From an uncultured Spirochaetota bacterium (GTDB taxonomy: Bacteria; Spirochaetota; Spirochaetia; SZUA-6; CAVTHK01), in the NCBI GenBank assembly GCA_963734495.1, contig CAVTHK010000013.1, forward strand, positions 448,001 to 512,000: DNA of 64,000 bases, in the 5' to 3' direction. The notes below the pieces were generated by a model. That model did no database searches and had not been told where the DNA came from. It worked only from the letters and a program-made list of their open reading frames with translations. A program made the position numbers and the translations under genes. This document shows, piece by piece, positions 61,139 to 64,000 of this stretch; position 1 is the stretch's first letter, and the number at the start of each line of letters is the position of its first letter.

Positions 61139-62258
61139 TCAGCCCTTCTCGAACGGGTCCGCCGCGTCGCGGAGGCCGTCGCCCACGAAGTTCAGCGCGA
61201 GGATCACGACGATCACGAAGAGGCCGGGGATCAGGAGCCAGGGGTTCAGCAGCACGGTCTGGAAGTTCTGCGCCTGCTCCAGCAGGACGCCCCAGCTCAC
61301 GGCGGGCGGACGCAGGCCGAGCCCGAGGAAGCTCAGGCTGGTTTCAAACAGGATCATGCCCGGCGCCCCCAGGGTCACGCTCACGATGATGTAGCTCACG
61401 AAGTTGGGCACCAGGTATCGGAAGATGATGCGCATGCTCGAGGCGCTGTAGCTGCGCGCCGCGAGCACGTAGTCCTCCTTGCGCAGCGAGATGAGCTTGC
61501 TCCGGATGCCCCGCGCGAGCCAGGGCCAGTTCGTAAGGGAGACGAGGATCGCGATCACCAGGTAGACCCTGGTGACGGGCCACGTGTTGGGCACGGCGGC
61601 CGCCAGCCCCATCCAGAGCGGCAGCTTGGGCACGGCGAGCAGCAGCTCGCTCGAGCGCTGCACCACCTCGTCGAAGACCCCGCCGTAGTAGCCCGAGATG
61701 CCTCCGAAGATGATGCCGAACACGAGGCTGATGAGCACCCCCAGCAGCGCCATGCTCAGCGACGTGCGCGTGGCGAAGACGGTTCGCGAGAAGACGTCGC
61801 GCCCACTCTTGTCCGTGCCGAAGATGAACAGCGGCGCGTCCTTCTCGTCGACGCCGAAGAGGTGCACTCGCGCGGGGATGACCCCGAGAAGCTTGTAGGG
61901 AAAGCCCTGCACGAACAGGTGGATCGCGAAGCGGTTCTCCGGGGTGCGGACTTCGGTCCAGATCCTCTGCCAGGTCTTCGGGTCGAGATCCTCCTTGTAC
62001 CGGTACATGAACGGCCACGGGTGGAAGCGGCCGGCCTCGTCCATGAACCGGATCGGGCCGTGGGGACACGTAGACCTTGTTCTCGAACTGCCAGATCGGG
62101 TCGTTGGGGACCAGGAACTCGCCGAAGAGCATGAACGCCGCGTATACGCCCAGAATCCACAGGCTGACGACCGCCAGCTTGTGTTTCTTGAACCGCATGC
62201 GGATGAGCTCGGCCTGCGAGCGGGACTTGATGGTCGTCGTGACGAGCGTGTCGGCCAT
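61139..62258 (-). CDS. Dpp/Opp ABC permease (C-type), frameshift near 62068
   Basis: RFKKHKLA, FGTDKSGRD, GGISGYYGG, ETSLSFLGLG, GDGLRDAADP. Confidence 0.9.
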
Positions 62259-62259
62259 G

Positions 62260-63270
62260 CTAGTCCGATTCCTTCTGCTCGGTAAAGCTGATCCTCGGGT
62301 CCGTGAGGGCGAGCAGGACGTCGGAGAGCAGGGTGCCGAAGACGGTAAAGGCGCTGAGGATCAGGATGATCGATCCCGCCAGGTACATGTCCTGGCTGAG
62401 AAGGGCCTGGAAGAGGTCCGGGCCCGTGGTGGGAAGCCCCAGGACGATCGAGACGATCAGGGCGCCCGAAACGATGTTGGGGAGCTGCCAGCCCACCGAC
62501 GCGATGATCGGGTTCAGCGCGATCCGCGTCGCGTGCCGGATGACGGCCTGCCAGTGGGAGAGGCCCTTGGCCTTCGCGACCTTGATGTACTCCTTGCCGA
62601 GCTCGTCGAGCATCGTCGCCCGGAGGATCCTCACCGTGCTCGCGGTCCCGGACATGCCGATGACGACGATCGGGACGATGAGGTGAGCCAGCGTGTCGAG
62701 GAGCTTGGGCAGGCTCATCGCCGCCTCGCGGAACTGCGGCGAGTTGAGGCCCCCCATCGAGATCCCGAAGACCTGGTAGACCCATACCATGACGAGCAGG
62801 GCGAGAAGGAAGTTCGGCACGGAGATGCCGACGAACGAGATGAACGTGAGGGCGTAGTCCGTCTTCGTGTACTGGCGGACAGCGGAGTAGATCCCCGTCG
62901 GGATCGCTACGACGAACTGGAAGAAGAGCGTGATGACGCCGAGCACGAGCGTGAGCGGCATGCGCTCGATGACGATCCGGCTCACCGGGCGGTTCCAGTG
63001 GAACGACATGCCGAAGTCGAAGCGCGTGATGATACCGCCCACCCACTTGAGGTACTGCATGACCATGGGCTCGTCGAGGCCGTAGCGGTGCGTCATCTCG
63101 GCGAGGAGCGCCTCGCGGCGCTCGGGGCTCATGTCCACGGTCATCAGCTGCGCGACGTAGGTGTCGGCGAACGACCCCGGCGGCAGCTGGATCACGATGA
63201 ACGAGATGATCGTCATCAGGAAGACGAGCAGGAAAGCGTAGAACAGGCGCCGCACCATGTACCCGGTCAT
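62260..63270 (-). CDS. Dpp/Opp ABC permease (B-type)
   Basis: YMVRR, YGLDEP, DFGMSF, AKAKGL, QDMYLAG, DPRI. Confidence 0.92.
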   Translation of the reverse strand: MTGYMVRRLFYAFLLVFLMTIISFIVIQLPPGSFADTYVAQLMTVDMSPERREALLAEMTHRYGLDEPMVMQYLKWVGGIITRFDFGMSFHWNRPVSRIVIERMPLTLVLGVITLFFQFVVAIPTGIYSAVRQYTKTDYALTFISFVGISVPNFLLALLVMVWVYQVFGISMGGLNSPQFREAAMSLPKLLDTLAHLIVPIVVIGMSGTASTVRILRATMLDELGKEYIKVAKAKGLSHWQAVIRHATRIALNPIIASVGWQLPNIVSGALIVSIVLGLPTTGPDLFQALLSQDMYLAGSIILILSAFTVFGTLLSDVLLALTDPRISFTEQKESD

Positions 63271-63288
63271 GAGACGCTCCCAGAGCGA

Positions 63289-63318
63289 CCGGGAGCGAGG
63301 CGTCAGCCCCGCTCCCGG
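63289..63318 (-). promoter_or_regulatory. Intercistronic stem-loop after the SBP gene
   Basis: Minus strand CCGGGAGCGGGGC-TGAC-GCCTCGCTCCCGG, 13 bp including one G-U pair, no U tract. Confidence 0.65.
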
Positions 63319-63338
63319 CATGACTCGATTCGCAATCC

Positions 63339-64000
63339 CTAGAGCCAGCCTTCTTCCTTGGCCCTCGTGATCGGGTCCTTGAGCTTGTCGACGGGATAGA
63401 GCTTCGGCAAGCCGGACTCGTCGTACTTCACCTGGGGTCTGTCCTTGAAGTAGAACTGCGGCGGCGAGTAGGCGCTGGTCCACCAGGTGCTCCACTCGTA
63501 GATGAGCGGCCCGTCCTTCTCGGTCGGGAAGTTCAGCAGGTCGTTCTTGACGATGATCGGGTGCGGGAAGTCGCTCACGGTGCCGATGACCCACACGTTC
63601 TCCATCGCGCTGTCCAGCATCTTGCGGCCCCACTTGATCATCTCGTCGCGCGAGGTCGCCCGGTCCATCTGGGTGTAGGCCTCGTAGATGTCGGTCGACC
63701 ACGTCCTGGGGGCCCGGATCGCCGACCTTGCCGCCGGAGAACCAGTACTGGAACCAGGACACGCCCATCATCGGGAAGATGTGGGTGTTGATGTAGGACG
63801 GGAACAGCATCTCCGTGCGCGCGTCGCCGTGCCAGATCCACATCTCGGGCTTGTTGGTGACGCGCGCGCACGCCTTCGAGCGAAGGCTCCAGGACCTTGA
63901 CGTCGACGTTGAGGCCGATGGCCCGCCAGTTCTCCTTGACCAGCTCGGACACGGGGATGCGCGGCGCCTCGGACTCGCGGAACTCGATGTTGAACGCCAG
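63339..64000 (-). CDS. Family 5 ABC substrate-binding protein, C-terminal part (cut by window edge; frameshifts near 63870 and 63695)
   Basis: ELVKENWRAIGLNV, ENVWVIGTV, IIVKNDLLNFP, PPQFYFK. Confidence 0.8.

Overview
Very GC-rich (roughly 70% by eye) bacterial chromosomal window with about 50 genes. I saw no rRNA, tRNA, CRISPR array or intact mobile element. Many genes carry single-base frameshifts, consistent with an unpolished long-read assembly. Spirochaetota is a weak guess based on the style of the secretion cluster. Gene order: a sugar ABC operon collapsed by a deletion or chimeric junction; a Peptidase_Mx-type zincin convergent with a Ddl-like ATP-grasp ligase; an RDD/SpoIIM/DUF4129/DUF4350/MoxR/DUF58 cluster; an aldehyde dehydrogenase; a GNAT-like + thiolase + DUF35 operon; a 5'-nucleotidase; a Gfo/Idh/MocA + SelA-like pair; a type II secretion cluster; a HEPN relic; thrS-ACT-hypothetical; rlmKL; a GH106-like gene; cyclase/allG/allF(fdrA)/allH with two NCS2 permeases and apt; gcvT-H-PA-PB; rluA; a methyltransferase; a glycosyltransferase, a propeller-type hydrolase, GH116 and a Dpp-type ABC importer. 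Three signals stand out. (1) An unannotated, probably leaderless Thr-rich leader peptide with mutually exclusive antiterminator/terminator hairpins lies upstream of a ThrRS that has lost its editing motifs. (2) A thiolase lacking its nucleophilic Cys is operonic with a GNAT-like protein and a DUF35 protein. (3) An allF/G/H locus has a cyclase-family hydrolase and no carbamate kinase nearby.
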